Position numbers and translations under genes: made by a program. This document shows positions 1-14,802 of a DNA stretch of 64,000 nucleotides, piece after piece; position 1 is the first letter of the stretch; the number at the start of each line of letters is the position of its first letter. This stretch comes from Octopus vulgaris (taxonomy: Eukaryota), in the NCBI GenBank assembly GCA_951406725.2, contig OX597825.1, positions 37,882,001 through 37,946,000 on the forward strand. Reading direction: 5' to 3'. Under the pieces are notes generated by a model that did not search any database, was not told where the DNA came from, and was given only the letters and a program-made list of their open reading frames with translations.

Positions 1-444
1 AACTTTTTCCCTTTTCTTTCTTTTCCTTTCTTATCTTTTCCTTCCTGCTTCTTTACATCAGTTAGGGCTACGCACAGAAAAGTCTCCCCTTCTTCAAATC
101 AACAAAAATTCAAGACTGCTTGGATATCTATTCTTCTTTCTTTACCTCTCAGTCTATCTTTCCCTCCACCATCTGTCTCTATCACTTTCCTTATCTGTCT
201 GGGTAAGCGATTTTATTAATATATCTATTACTGGTTGTTACTATAGGCGAGGTATGAACCGATGGCTACGTCTCTGGTCAGCTCATAATATGTGAGTGAA
301 ATCATGTGCCCAATGATTATTATACTGGTCCGTTGGTTGGATTGTGCCTGCACTTCAAATTGTACAGTCTAGTCATATTTATGCCCATCCATCCGTCCGT
401 CCATATGTTAATCCATCCATTCGTCCAGCCATTCATCTACATAC

Positions 445-449
<5 letters not shown>

Positions 450-509
<60 letters not shown>

Positions 510-533
510 TATATATATATATATATATATATA
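450..533. repeat. (CA)n followed by (TA)n microsatellite
   Basis: Directly visible dinucleotide runs. Confidence 0.95.
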
Positions 534-1288
534 TGTGTCCCCGCACGCGTGCGCGTGTGTAAATGCGTTACTATATTCATTATATCTGGAAAAACCTGCT
601 TTTTGCTATTTCTAAGTCACCTTATGATCGGAGATCAGAACCAGCCGATTTCAACTTTACCATCCATCTTTTCTATATCTATTTTCCATTGCCAGAAATA
701 CAAATAAAGCATAAAGGATAAAGACTCCCGGATCTAGTATTCTTCATTCGCAGAATATGCACTTTTTAAAAGACAGTAAAAAATCTAAAAATCGGTTATA
801 ATAATAAAGTTTTCCAGTCTAATTGCTATGAAGTTATGATGTGGAGAGAAAAATTAGAGGGAAAAGTTACAGAGGTTTAAATTCGAAAAAACCTGTGTAT
901 TGAAAGCCAATAGCAATACAGAAATTTTCTGCGTTTAGTTTGAAATTTATAGTTTAGCGTCTGTGAAATGACCTCTTTATTGTGGGTTTCTAAATAAACA
1001 GAAATACCTAATAAAATCAATATTTGACCTCTTACTGTTTCTTTTGTCTCTTCATTGATTGTATGTTTTTATTATTTTTAAAAATTTCTAATATTAATAT
1101 ATTTGTCTGCATATGTTTACTTTAAGCATATTTCAGTATTATGATTACCCGTCATGTATTTGTGTACATCATTAATATATAAGTGCATGTGTGTGTGTGT
1201 GTGAATGTGTACAGGCGGTGTCTGTCTCCAAAATTTCAAAGTTGAGTTACGTTTTCCTGCTTGGATTTGTAAACTAAGATAAGAATAA

Positions 1289-1465
1289 CGCTGGTCAACA
1301 AAGAATTTGCCTCAAGAAAAAGAATACCAGTACCTTATATGTTTTTTGCATGCAGAATTCAAAAATAATGTCAAATTATCTGTACTATACTCCCATATTC
1401 CTTTCACCTTCATAATGCCAAGAAACAGTATAAACATCGCAAACAACTTTTGCGATATTTGAAAA
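1289..1465 (+). mobile_element. Possible 5' end of a Chapaev3-like (CMC) DNA transposon relic
   Basis: Starts CGCTGGTCAACAAA (possibly a decayed CAC terminus). The ATG at 1415 reads MPRNSINIANNFCDI*, resembling the C-x-N-x-x-D/N-N-F-C-Y-I-C N-terminus I recall for Chapaev3 transposases. Short and recalled from memory. Confidence 0.4.
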
Positions 1466-1822
1466 ATATATAAAATATTATGACAATTGGCGAAAAATAT
1501 CTATAGTAAAATTCTAACTGATAAATACAAATTTTTATTAAAACGAAACAGGCGGGTGATGTAAATCTCGTGGTGTGCGGTTGGAACACAGCACAATGTG
1601 CGGTTGTCATGGTCACAAGCTGTTAATGCCTCGCTTTCTGTTGATTAGCTAAAATTACCCAAATTTCCCAACTTCAATTCCAAATAACATTAGATTCTTT
1701 AATTTACGAGAAAAAGTAATTGGTTGATCTTAATCAAAATTCAGAGTTGCTTCGATACACCAAAAATTGAAGACAATCTGAGCAAAATTAAAGGGGTTTA
1801 ATTTTGTGAATAAAAAAGAGTA

Positions 1823-2078
1823 GGTCCGACCGATTCGGTCATGAATGACCATGGGATTGCACCTAGAAAGTCCCCCCCCCCAAGGCACAAGTCCGGGCAA
1901 GGTTGTTCATGGAAGACAAACAGTTGTCCATGCATAACAGCAACCCATTCCCACGCAAAGGCTGATACAACTTTGCATCAGTGATGTCGCAACTAATTTC
2001 TACAGCTGAGTGAAACTGGAGGAACGTGAAATGAAGAGTCAAGAACACAACACACAGCTCGGTCGTGGAATCGGATAC
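1823..2078 (-). mobile_element. tRNA-derived SINE fragment with truncated head (octopus-type)
   Basis: Minus strand has a B-box-like GTATCCGATTCC followed by a SINE-body-like segment (GTTGTGTTCTTGAC...TTTCACGTTCCTCCAGTTTCACTCAGCTGTAGAAA). No A box seen. Confidence 0.6.
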
Positions 2079-2110
2079 AAATAGAATGAGAAATAATAAA
2101 TTCATGTAGT

Positions 2111-2480
2111 GGATGGAAGCACTCCGTCGGTTACGACGACGAGGGCTCCGGTTGATCCGAATCAACGGAACAGCCTGCTCGTGAAATTAACGTGTAAGTG
2201 GCTGAGCACTCCACATACGTGTACCCTTAACGTAGTTCTCGGGGATATTCAGCGTGACACAGAGAGTGACGAGGCCGGTACAACAGAAACAGGAAGTAAG
2301 AGTGAGAGAAAGTTATGGTGAAAGAGTACAGCAGGGATCACCACCATCGCCTGCCGGAGCGTCGTGGAGCTTCAGGTGTTTCTGCTCAATAAACACTCAC
2401 AACGCCCGGTCTGGGAATCGAAACCGCGATCCTATGACCGCGAGTCCGCTGCCCTAACCACTGGGCCATTGCGCCTCCAC
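2111..2480 (-). mobile_element. Full-length tRNA-derived SINE with 11-bp target-site duplication
   Basis: Minus strand begins GTGGAGGCGCAATGGCCCAGTGG (A box) and contains GGTTTCGATTCC (B box, 2414-2425). Flanked by ATTCATGTAGT (2100-2110) and ATTCGTGTAGT (2481-2491). Confidence 0.85.
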
Positions 2481-2899
2481 ATTCGTGTAGTACTCCACTG
2501 TAATGACAATCAGGATCTGTTTGAAAGAAATTTGAATGTTAGTTGTCAAACTAAATGTTTATTGGGTGTTCGATTTGTGACTATGGAATATATGTTGAAA
2601 TCACAAAATGATAACTCATATTTATGTATATCAATATAACAAATTGTGCTTAACATATCTCTATCGTGATGTATTTACTTGCTGTATTTACGATGCCCTC
2701 AAACTGCAGACATTGACAAATGTGTGTGTGTATAATAGCCATCTTTGTATCATACTTAATGTAAATACATCACAAGCAAGCTATTTTATTGAGGTATTCT
2801 TCCAAAGAATATTCTCCAAAGAGATACTATATCTTATGAACATACATTGTTTGAAACACAAATATATGTGAGGCAAACAATATTACCAAGCAGCGAACG

Positions 2900-3662
2900 C
2901 TTAGAATGCCGGAAAAAAATTGTATATTTTTCCGCGTTGTCAGTGATGTACTCATAGTCAGTTTGATGGTTGGACGAAACCAGTCGCTATCGATATAGGA
3001 AAGCAGTGAACAAAAGCTTGGCGATGCCTGCTCGGTGGTCAACGCATAACATTCAAAAATTTTTTATCATTCTCGACACAATCAAGGAGATCTTGCGCAA
3101 TAGAAATCCGAGTGTCTTTCTGGTCAGCTGAAAGCAGTTTTAGCACAAACCTGACAGACACACGTCCCATACTCAAATATTCAGTGGTAATGGACTGAAC
3201 TGAACCGTAACCAATCTGCACATCCTCTGATAACTCACGGATGGTGAATCGACCGTTTCCCATCACAGCTGCACGCACATCTGCGATGATTTTCTCAGTT
3301 TTGCTGGTTGCGTGTCTCCCAGAACGTTCGTCAATATCGACATTTTGTCGGCCATCTTTGAAAAATCTAAACCACTCTGACACTTGTGTGCAGCTCATAC
3401 ACTCCTCTCCATATACTTGCTGTAATTTAGCCCAGGCTTCTAAGCAGGTGCCACCATGATAACTTTCTCTGTCATGGTCAATGCGACGATCACACGATAC
3501 ACACCTTCATTCCAAGTACTGTTGTAAACAGAAGCTAGAACATTCAAAGTCAATGTGCATAGCAGAGTTGATGGTCAATGTTTGTCAAGCGGCTTCACTT
3601 TGTGTGCTTCAGCTTCGTTACTGTGGCAACAGTCCGGATACTTATTCATTAGACCGCGAATG
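2900..3662 (-). mobile_element. mariner transposon relic (5' TIR plus N-terminal HTH domains of the transposase, truncated)
   Basis: Minus-strand translation ...LQQVYGEECMSCTQVSEWFRFFKDGRQNVDIDERSGR...FTIRELSEDVQIGYGSVQSI...LSMGRVSVRFVLKLLSADQKDTR (ORF 3039-3398) is a typical mariner HTH/WVPRLL region. TIR-like GGTCTAATGAATAAGTATCCGGACTG near 3630-3655. Confidence 0.85.
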
Positions 3663-3676
3663 TATATATATTTGGT

Positions 3677-3677
<1 letters not shown>

Positions 3678-3735
<58 letters not shown>
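3678..3735. repeat. (GA)n microsatellite
   Basis: Directly visible. Confidence 0.95.
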
Positions 3736-3736
<1 letters not shown>

Positions 3737-4568
3737 ATCCGAAATTAAAAACCACAAGCCTTACATTTATACCTACCTAGGTTTGCCTGGTCAAATGATA
3801 AGTTACTCTGCCATTTATAAGTTTGGAAAATGGTGGAATAAATTATTTATTCGACCTAGGTAGTTATAATTGCAAGATTTGCAGTTTATAATTCAAGATT
3901 ATCATTATTAGCTGATTGAGTGCTTTTCCAATTGTTGGAGCATTACCACATAATACACACACACATATATATCTATACATGCACGTACACATATATTAAT
4001 ACATATATATTGTAAAACTGGTAAGTACGTGTACATCGAAAGACTTGGAATTTAATATGATTCGAAAATAAACCGAAAGGAGATATTGCTTATTTTGTTT
4101 GACTACTGTGATAGAATATCGATGTTATTAGCTCAGTTTCACGACAATCTTCGATCAAGTCCAAATGAATTATTTGTACAATTAAGATAGTAACAAATCA
4201 TGTCAATAATCAATTGATAATATCTGAGTGGAAGTCCGGTCGTAAACGCAAATTGATACAAACTGACACAGAAAAATATTGAAGGCCATGTAAAACTATC
4301 AAAATTTCCCTCGTCCCTCATGAAACTGCACTCTGATCAAAGTCGTCACAAATTCGACATTCTCGTATTTTGTGAAACAAGAAATATATGTGGTATATAG
4401 TATTCTATATTTGAGATCTTTATGCGTGCTTAGAGGGAGATTTGATTCTAATTTCCAACAGGTAGAGCATCCATATCGTTACTTATTTCGGTGAATCGGA
4501 AAACGTAATATGCAGACGGAGGAAAATAGAGAGTAAGTGAGAGATATCGTGACTGCTAAAATGATATG

Positions 4569-5441
4569 CAAGGTGTTCGGGCTAAATTTGACGATTTTAT
4601 GCCCCCTTTTGTTTTCACACACAGCTTGATGTATTAGGGAAAAATCAGCGGTGTTGGAGAACATAAACGTTAACTGCCATAGAGAACTGGAAACCATCAG
4701 AATATTGGAAAAAAGTGTTACATGTTCATGATGATTTGTACTGAGTATAAAAATACCGACCCGCATGACTGCTAGTCAATGCCGTCTATAAAGTGTAAAC
4801 ACTGTAAGAGGGTGACATAAACGGCTGCATCGAAAACTATGTAGCCGTAGCCAACAGAGAGGGACACATCTAGCGGTAAAACTGTGTCTACACGCCAGAA
4901 TCCATTCTCATGTCTTTCGACGGGTACTTACACACAGCCAGTGGAGGTGCCGGGGATTGGACTAACACCAAACCCTGGATAAAAAGATTACTATTGGGAA
5001 ACCATATGCAAGACAGCAGGATTCGGGGTTTTGCCATACCTCGAGAAAGTGTCAGAAGTTGTTCGCGGATAATTTTTACGACTTCACTATCCCCAATTTC
5101 TGGTTTCTTAAGTACCCCCGATTTTAGTCCCGTGTAGGATGCAGTTGAGAAAGAAAACCTACCACATTACATGCATCAACAAGGCCGAGCTGGTAGCCAA
5201 AAACAAGAAAGTTTTCAAAGATTTTCCTAAAAAAACAGTAAAGAACGCTTACACCAGATTCTGGAGCCGTGTTAAGATCGTGGTGGAAGCTGAGGAGGGC
5301 TACTTTGAGCAAACTGTAATCTACCAAACATAATCTAGATGGGATTTTAAAAAAATATGTTAACATACATTTATTTTTGGATGGGATATTTTGTTTCATT
5401 TTCCTTTGTTGTAAACTGTCAAATTTAGCCTGAACTGCCTG
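4569..5441 (+). mobile_element. Internally deleted Tc1/mariner element (DD37D/maT-like) with both TIRs
   Basis: Left TIR CAAGGTGTTCGGGCTAAATTTGAC (4569-4592) matches the reverse complement of 5418-5441 at 20/24, with TA on the right. Frameshifted C-terminal transposase reads KPW...QQDSGFCHTSRKCQKLFADNFYDFTIPNFW...KNAYTRFWSRVKIVVEAEEGYFE. Confidence 0.85.
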
Positions 5442-5758
5442 TAGTGAGTAGCAGACAGGTACATAATTCCGAACCTAACCACTTACACATACACGTAAGC
5501 GCATTTACACACGTTTATACCCCAAATATAAACCTGTGCATTATATCTTACGCTACACACTTACACCCATACATACGCACGTAGGTATATATACGCATTG
5601 ATGCACAAATACATACATACATGCATATATATATATATATATATATATACATACATAGAGGCCTACATATATGCATGTTTATATGCATATTTATAGATAT
5701 ATAACTATAGATGCATACATGTATATATAATACACACAAATGCACACATGTATGTATA

Positions 5759-5806
<48 letters not shown>

Positions 5807-6098
5807 CACACAAGCATGCGCACACGCACATATAACAACATGCATGTCAATTAGAGTAACTGGACGTATGGATATGAAAATTACGTCACACTGTGTTTGT
5901 ATCATTTAGAGGTAGCTTGCATAACGTGAAATAGCAAAATGGTTTGGTTAATCTGCGTCACATCAAGTACTGTTAAATTAAACTTAGTTATATTTGTAGC
6001 CAAGGAAAGTAAGTTAGAACATAAAATATATCACGTTTTTATATTACTACTGACTGGTATGTAAATTGAAAAGTAGCGGACACGGGAGCGAAATGGTA

Positions 6099-6150
<52 letters not shown>

Positions 6151-6348
6151 GCAAATCGTTTTAGAAATCTTAGTGAGTCAGTGTAAAATAACTTCATACA
6201 CATTCTGTCCCTCACGAGCCTCATTTTTCAAATATTGAAAAAGTATTAAATTCACTTGAAACATAACTACACACACGCACACACACGCGCGCGCGCACGC
6301 ACACACACACACACTCACACACACAAACATACACACAATAACACTCAC

Positions 6349-6396
<48 letters not shown>

Positions 6397-6469
6397 ATAT
6401 ATATACATATGCATATGCACGTTGCACGTACAATTATACATATATATATATGTGTGTGTATTCATATAT

Positions 6470-6517
<48 letters not shown>

Positions 6518-6751
6518 ATATGTATGTATGGTTATATATAAATGCACATACCTACACATATAATCACAGACACAGACACACAAGACCACATCCGCTAGCA
6601 CAATTTCACAATCGAAAGGCAATCTAGAACTTTCTATTCTCTGCAAGCAATTGTAGTCTACTTTCAAAACTATCATGTTAGATCATGTTTTCCGAGTTTT
6701 AATATCACTAATTCCCTTTGAGCGTAGCATGTATATATTATTATAACTATA

Positions 6752-7020
<269 letters not shown>

Positions 7021-9019
7021 TCACACACACACATATCTATTCATATATATAACATACGTATTTATGTTCAGATGTATATCCACGCACATACATCTGAACA
7101 TGCAGATACTCGCTCACACATATCTATATAAACATATGTATGTGTGGATGATTTCAGATACACACACGCATACAAACATACTTACATGCGTATCATAATA
7201 TATGTGTGCGCATTTGTTCTGTATGTGTGGGGGCGTAGAGATCAATTAAATCAACAAAGCTTGATCTATCGTATTTTCTTGGTAATATGGTAATCAATCG
7301 AGGATTTGTATTTATAAGTCGGACGAACAGAGGAAGAATATGTTCGTGCGTCTGTGTTAATCTTCGTAGTAGTTCGATAGTTACAATTGCGTTAATTTTG
7401 GTACTAACTGGAGTGTCCTTTTGGTAAATATGTTGGTTGTCGTAGTAGCTATGTTAGTGATGGTATTATTTTACGTAAATGATATTATCATATTAGTCTT
7501 TCATAGCGGAGTGTGTGGATTTACTAATAGTAATGATTGTTACAGTGATAAAAGATTTGGAAGCTTGGTATTGATGTAGTCGTAGTTGTAGATATGCTAG
7601 TGATTGTATCGACTATAATGAACGTTTATAACGTATTTATGGCAACAGAAAGATGATGCAAACTGATATTTTCTGGATATATTTTTGAAACCTGAAAATG
7701 TAGAGTAATCAGTATTTGCAATCTACGCTAGCATTCATAATAGCGTTCTCCAGCATTGTGCTTGTGTATTTCATGTGAAAACTGTGGGATTAGTAAATGA
7801 AGATAGCGCGTTCATTCCTAGAAAATGAAGAATTTATCCATCTCGCATTCCTTCAATGGCTGCCTTTTCATAATATTATATTTAAATAGATACACTTTTG
7901 GTATTCCATTACTGACTATCAAAGCCGGAATTTGATAGTAAATTTAGTTCCCACTACTTAACTATTGAAATCACTGCAGATAATTTAATCTTAGCAAAGG
8001 AGATACAAATTAAATAAATCTGCGAGTAAATCCGATTCTTGTTCATGTCCAATAAAATTCATATCATTCATGACACTGAGTAAGGTATGAACATCACAAG
8101 ATCAATATATGTTTCCCCCCATTACTAAATACGTAGACATTTTCTTGCTTCCTGTGTCGGCAATCTATATTTCCAATAAATAAATTGCAAAACTAAACCA
8201 GCGAGAGTTAATATTCTTGACCAGTCCTATGCATGTAGCCTCAGACAAGAAAATACAATTTTATAAGATAATTGTGAGTTAATATTCAAATGCTTAAGTA
8301 ATATCTATATAAATTATCTCATACTTGAACTTTTACTGTCGGTTGAATTATGCTTCATATCTGTTCAAGATAATAAAGATGACCAAATGTTTTCAGCAAA
8401 ATAATTAACACTGTAGACAACAGAAAAAATTTAGTTGCCGATTATAAGAAAAATATTATGAATAATCTTCTTAATATTGTGTGCATGAATAATATTACAG
8501 GCAACGTATATCTATAATCATATCTTTTAGATTAGTATAAAGCGCATACAATTTCGAGGAATAAAACATTCAACTTAATCATATGAAGTTCTTCACGGTA
8601 GTTATTGGATCTAAATATTTGTAAGATTTCACCTAAAAAAGTAAAGGGACGTAATTTCAGATGTCATAGACTTCTGAGTCTACTATCAAGATGACTATGA
8701 ATTTTTAACAGGACTTCGTTGTCAGTTCTGAAGATAATGGTTGACATATGCTAAACAGCCAAGATTAATAATCTAAAAACATCTCGTAATCAAAAGATCT
8801 TATATCAAAGCGCATTATGCAATAACTATATAATAATGGAAGAACAGAAAACAAATATTCAGTATTGCATTTAAATGTCAGAATATTTGTGATATGTATT
8901 TGATAATACTTTACAGTTTCAGAGTAACACGTACAAGAGTAACTTAGGTGTGTAGGTTGCATATACAAACACAAGCAGAGAAGTCTATACAGGATATAGC
9001 AACTACATAAGGCATGCGC

Positions 9020-9053
9020 ATATATGTATATGTATATGTTTATATATACATAC

Positions 9054-9114
<61 letters not shown>

Positions 9115-9223
9115 CATATATAAATAAATATATATATATATATACATATGTATATATATGCATATATATACATACATATGCATGTATACCTACATACACA
9201 TGTAGGTATATACATCCATACAC

Positions 9224-9271
<48 letters not shown>

Positions 9272-9410
9272 TTATACACATAAACATACATATATACACA
9301 CACAAACACACATATATATATATATATATACATACACATATATGCATAAACATACATACACAAACACGCACATACACACACAAACATACGCACACACATA
9401 TATATACAGA
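9020..9410. repeat. Compound (TA)n/(CA)n low-complexity tract
   Basis: Directly visible. Confidence 0.9.
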
Positions 9411-9438
9411 CACACAACCGCACTTCAAATTATATATA

Positions 9439-10625
9439 CAAGGTGTGTAAGGTATTTGAGGACACATTTTTCGTCATTGCTGCAATTTTTGCTAACTCTG
9501 TATAATCTTTGTTTCAGAAAATATTTATAGCAGACTATTAGCGTACTCAAGAAATAAAGAGGCATGCTGTTATTTTGGTTATAAAGGCTAAGTATAGCGA
9601 TTTAGAAATATCGCGATTTTTAAAAGTAGCCAAATCTTTTGTCTACAAAAATTGTAGGGAGCTAGAGACAAAAGATTGAAACGTATCAACAGTATCCTAA
9701 ACGCTCTGAAACCATCAGAACACCTGCATTTATCCAGGAAGTTCAACAGACCATTGATTACATTTCCATAAAATCCATGAGGTCAATTGCATAAGATCTC
9801 CAGTCAGAAATGTTGTCCACGAAGACATCGGATATGTCTTATATGATGAGGATATGTAAATGTGTCAGAAAAAGCAAAAGAAAATCACTACATCAAATCT
9901 TAAAGGCTCTTAAACAAACAGAAAAATCCAGCAGAAGATCTGTTTTGATGTTTGTCGAACGAGAAAATCTTCGATCAAGATCAAAATGTTAACAGAAGAA
10001 AAGACGTTTATGTCCATATCCTTCTGAATTCCAAGTGTTATGCTTACAAAATTTCCTGCAACACTCATGGTTTTAGGGGATGTCAGCAATGAAGTGCATC
10101 TGATGCCTCCTTACTTCTTTCCACAAGGCCATAGAGTTAACTCGGCCGCCTGCATTAACATCCTGATAATAATTGTTAAGCCCTGGATAGACAATGTATG
10201 CAATGGAAGGCCTTATGTGTTTCAGTATGAATCTCCACTATCACACATGGCTCTAGTAACACAGGAATGGAAGGCTGAACATTTTCATGATCACATTTTG
10301 GCCTGCTAATTCCCCAGATCTCAATCCATTCGACTATTACATGTGGAGTGTAGTTGAGAGAGAGAGGTCAATGAACATCCCCATGACATCAAGGATTCTT
10401 TGAAAGCTGCCATAGTCAGAGTAATGTCCAAAATGAACCAGGACCACTTGATTCGAGCATATAGCTGATTAAGATCTCATATAGAAGCAGTTGTTGAAGG
10501 TGAAGGTGGCTTTATTGAATAATATTTTAGAAAACAAGGTTTATTTTTATCATCATAGCAGTTTTTGATAAATAAAGTTATTATCTGTTATTATATATCT
10601 GTTCTCAAATATGTTACGCACCGTG
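9439..10625 (+). mobile_element. Near full-length Tc1/mariner element (DD37D/maT-like); transposase is a pseudogene
   Basis: TA-flanked TIRs: TACAAGGTGTGTAAGGTATTTGAGGACA (9437-9464) matches the reverse complement of 10600-10627 at 23/28. The disrupted ORF runs from KRHAVILVIKAKYSDLEISRFLKVAKSFVY through TKFPATLMVLGDVSNEVHLMPPYFFPQG, KPWIDNVCNGRPYVFQ and WPANSPDLNPFDYYMWS to GGFIE* (stop ~10520-10522). Confidence 0.92.
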
Positions 10626-10768
10626 TAAAGAGATATGAATAATTCACATTGATAAGTGTGAGAATTATGCTCACATATGCACAAAGTCTTAAAAGTATTC
10701 AAGCATACATATATGTACATGTATATGCATATATAAACATATATATATGTGTATATATATATACATAC

Positions 10769-10799
<31 letters not shown>

Positions 10800-10838
10800 T
10801 ACATATATATATGTATATATACATACATACATATATAT

Positions 10839-10900
<62 letters not shown>

Positions 10901-10916
10901 CATATATGTTGTTTTT

Positions 10917-11278
10917 TATTCTTTTATTTGCTTAACTAATTTAACTGCGGCAATGCTGGAGAACCGCTTTTACTCGAACAAATCGACCCCAGTACTTATT
11001 CTTTGTAAGGTTAGTACTTGTTCTATCGTTCTCATTTGCCGAACTGCCTTGTTACGCGGACGTAAGCACACCAGCATTGATTGTCAAGCGATGGTGGGGG
11101 ACAAACACAGACACACAAACACACACACACGCATAAATATGAAGGGCTTGTTACAGTTTTACGACAACGAAATCCACTCACAAGGATTTGATCGGCCTGA
11201 TGCTATAGTAGAAGACAGTTAACAAAGGTGCCATGAAGAGGGACTCAACCCGGAACGATGTGGTTGGTTAGCAAGCTA
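10917..11278 (-). mobile_element. tRNA-derived SINE, family with 3' GGCGGTGCTCCAGCATGGCCGCAGTC tail
   Basis: Homologous to 44337-44530 and 53270-53486. The minus-strand head contains B-box-like GGGTTGAGTCCC and GGCACCTTTG. Confidence 0.8.
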
Positions 11279-11732
11279 GGCAATTATGACGCGCTTAAGC
11301 ACATATACACACCCACACACAAACGTACACACACACACACACACAGACACTCATGTATGTATATGTGTGTGTGTACGCTTGCGGGTAGGTGTGTATGTGC
11401 GTAATAATTGCCAATACATGAAAATATATTTGTCGAACTTAAATCTATTTTCACTGACACACGCTCTCTCCCTTTCCATCTATTTCTGCTCATCTCTTTC
11501 TCTCTCTCCCTCTTTCTCTCCCTCTCTCTAGTTATATATATGTATATATGTATATATATACGTATGTGTGTGTGTATGTGTATATATGTGTATATACGCA
11601 CATGCATTCACATGCAGCCATAAACACTCTTGTATGGTTACACAGGTGCATTTATGAACGTCGGCTTTCAAGAAGAATGACAAGATTATGAAGTAGACGT
11701 ACATGAGAGTAACGCATATTTCGAAAGTGTTA

Positions 11733-11785
<53 letters not shown>

Positions 11786-11949
11786 TCTCTCGGTTTCATG
11801 CTAAGGCTTATAAACAAAGGATTTTTAGGATGAAAAATCTATATTTGATTGATTTTGCATTTCGTACACACATATTAACGCACAAACTGAAACGCATAGA
11901 CAAATAAGTATTCCGTCGTAAACATAAAGGAACATAAAGGATATATGTA

Positions 11950-12008
11950 TATTTATATATAAATATACAAACACATACATACATTCATACGTACATATAC
12001 AAACACAC

Positions 12009-12044
<36 letters not shown>

Positions 12045-12060
12045 GTATATACATATATGC

Positions 12061-12092
<32 letters not shown>

Positions 12093-12141
12093 TATGTACA
12101 TATATATATATATATACATATGTATATATATGTATATATAT

Positions 12142-12205
<64 letters not shown>

Positions 12206-12350
12206 ATATATATGTATACGTATATATATGCATGTATACACATTCATATATATATATATTTACGTGTATGCATGTATATATATAGACATATAAATATATA
12301 TATATATATTCATGCATATATATATATACATACAAATGCATATTTGTATA
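11950..12350. repeat. Compound (TA)n low-complexity tract
   Basis: Directly visible. Confidence 0.9.
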
Positions 12351-13033
12351 TATCGAGTGTATTTGAGTAAAAGAACGTGATATTGATAAACAGATTATGT
12401 ATCCAACTGTCTGTATATTTAAACATCACGCGGGCATATTTTTCTTTACCCCCCTTTCTTTGCCTCTTCCCTCACTCTGTTTGCATATAGAAGTATACAT
12501 ACGAGAAATGATGTATGTTTGAGATTGATATGAGTATCTATGCATGTGTACTATTTTGAAATTATGCTTGTGTATGCATATACGCCTTGCAAACATGAAA
12601 ATATATATCCGTTTTTATGTCTTTACATAGACATCAGCGGTGTCTGGTTTCCACTGCGTACGGCGCTAAGTTTCTTAATTTGTTATTTTTTTGTTTTTTG
12701 TTGTGTGATTTATGTAAATTTTAAAATCTCCTTTATCCAGCTGACATCGGCAAAGGGATTATATATAGATATATAGTACAACTAATATTTATAAGATTTA
12801 TTCACATAGCTTCTGTACTGAACTATCTACTACAAAGCGGTATTCTTGAAATTCATTGGTCGTATATATCTTGAACTCTGTGTTATTTGTTTCAAAATCA
12901 TTGCACGTTGACAGATGTCATTCAACTGTTTATGAAAAGCTGTTAAGTTACTTATTTTGCCTAATAATAATGTAAAGGTTAACTTTTTGTAAACAGACAA
13001 GCAGATGCTGCGAATAACTGAAGACTGTAATAC

Positions 13034-13079
<46 letters not shown>

Positions 13080-13576
13080 AATGTATAGATTACAATCACG
13101 ACTGAAATTGATTCAGAACACGAAATGCGTGGGGAAAAAATATATTTTGTGTATTTCGAAGGTTTAAATGCTTGAGAGTTTAGGCTACACATGTAAATAT
13201 ACGTATATGAGCGAATAATTTTATTCGCTTAAATAACACTTATGTACAACCATTTTATTTCTACTCGTCTGATGTAACTGTTGTAACTCATTTAATTAAT
13301 ATTTTATGCCTCTTGAAAAACTATTCATAAAACTATAAGCAAATACTCTATCACGACAATATATGCCGAAGAGTACACACTGTCTTGTGTGCTTACATTG
13401 ATAAAGACGCATACATACATGCATGCATACATACATACATACATACATACATACATACATACATACATACATACACAAATATTTACATACATATATACAT
13501 ATGCATATATGTATGGATACATACATATATATATATATGTGTAGATAGATACATATGTATTTATGTATATAATAGT

Positions 13577-13612
<36 letters not shown>

Positions 13613-13699
13613 ACCATTATATACATAAATATATATTATATATCTACATATATACATATGTAGATATAGTAACTATATCTACATATATACATATAGTTA

Positions 13700-14470
13700 C
13701 TACAGAAATAATAGTGTAAATAATTGCAGTTGTCGCAGGAAATCTGCATGTCCACTCAAGAACCAATGCATGAAAAACCACATCATATGCCAATGCACAA
13801 TCACCACAACACAACACAAATGCGCATACATAAGACCCTCAAAAAACCAATTTATTTTGTTTACAAGAACTCAGCTTTGTCATACAGCATCAAAATCAAC
13901 ATACTGATAGCAGATATTGGATAATGAACAACGTGCCCTCTCTATGCGAACCCTATGAAACAATGAATCACGTACAGAAATGCATGCACTGTGTGCAATT
14001 CTCTGGGTACGACCTGAAAGATGGGGTCCAGATATACAGGGGAGCTACAAAGAAGTTAAACAGTATTATATGAAGACACAGAAGTAAAAACTGGAATAGA
14101 ATACAGAGAGCTTGTGACAAAGTAAACAGAGTGAACACATGGTACAAGGTCGACAAATATCAAGAAGTGATGTTTGTTGAGGCCACTACTCATGGACAAC
14201 TAGCCTGAAGAATTAGGATAGCTCTGAAGGAATCCAAACTCAATATTAAGATCGTTGAAATGCCAGGGACCGCCATCAGATCACAATTATGTAGCACGTA
14301 CATCTTTGAGAATACCACATGCACCAATGATAACTGCATGATATGTAAGATTAACCCTGGCATTAACTATAGAACTAGTAATGTAGTCTACACCATAAGA
14401 TGCATGGAGGGTGCTTGTAAAGACAAGAACATGACATACACACGTGAGGCATCAAGAAGCCTACTAACAA
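13700..14470 (+). mobile_element. Penelope-like element fragments (RT thumb/linker to start of GIY-YIG)
   Basis: Translation includes NSALSYSIKINILIAD...FSGYD...MFVEATTHGQLA*RIR...IKIVEMPGTAIRSQL...CTNDNCMIC...SNVVYTIRCMEGAC...YTREASRSL (Cys-rich linker plus VY-x-I-x-C...Y-x-G-E-T-S-R GIY-YIG start). A separate NCSCRRKSACPL motif lies at ~13720-13760. Confidence 0.75.
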
Positions 14471-14721
14471 ATCTACCTGTGTATGTATAAACTGTGTATA
14501 TTGGAGTATCCCTACCTTCTATATATCTCCTATCTAGTAAAGGGGATGGCTCATTTATGAGAATGCACTCCTGTATTTGTCAGAGTGCTGGGTGCTTCGA
14601 GTGCCTGGATAAAATGCGGATGTCAAGTCAACCAAGTGTACCTCTATGTTGGTCTTTGATATGTTGGTAGAGTATGGAAGACTGTTTTTGTCGTCATATT
14701 TTCTCAAATTGTCACATATAC

Positions 14722-14802
<81 letters not shown>

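Noticed and set aside
270-312. CTGGTCA-GCTCATA/TGTGAGT-GAAA hairpin
   Set aside because: Two core mismatches and no stem I or stem III.
2410-2480. tRNA gene call for SINE heads (also 39650-39725)
   Set aside because: No acceptor stem or Pol III terminator, and the sequence continues into repeat bodies.
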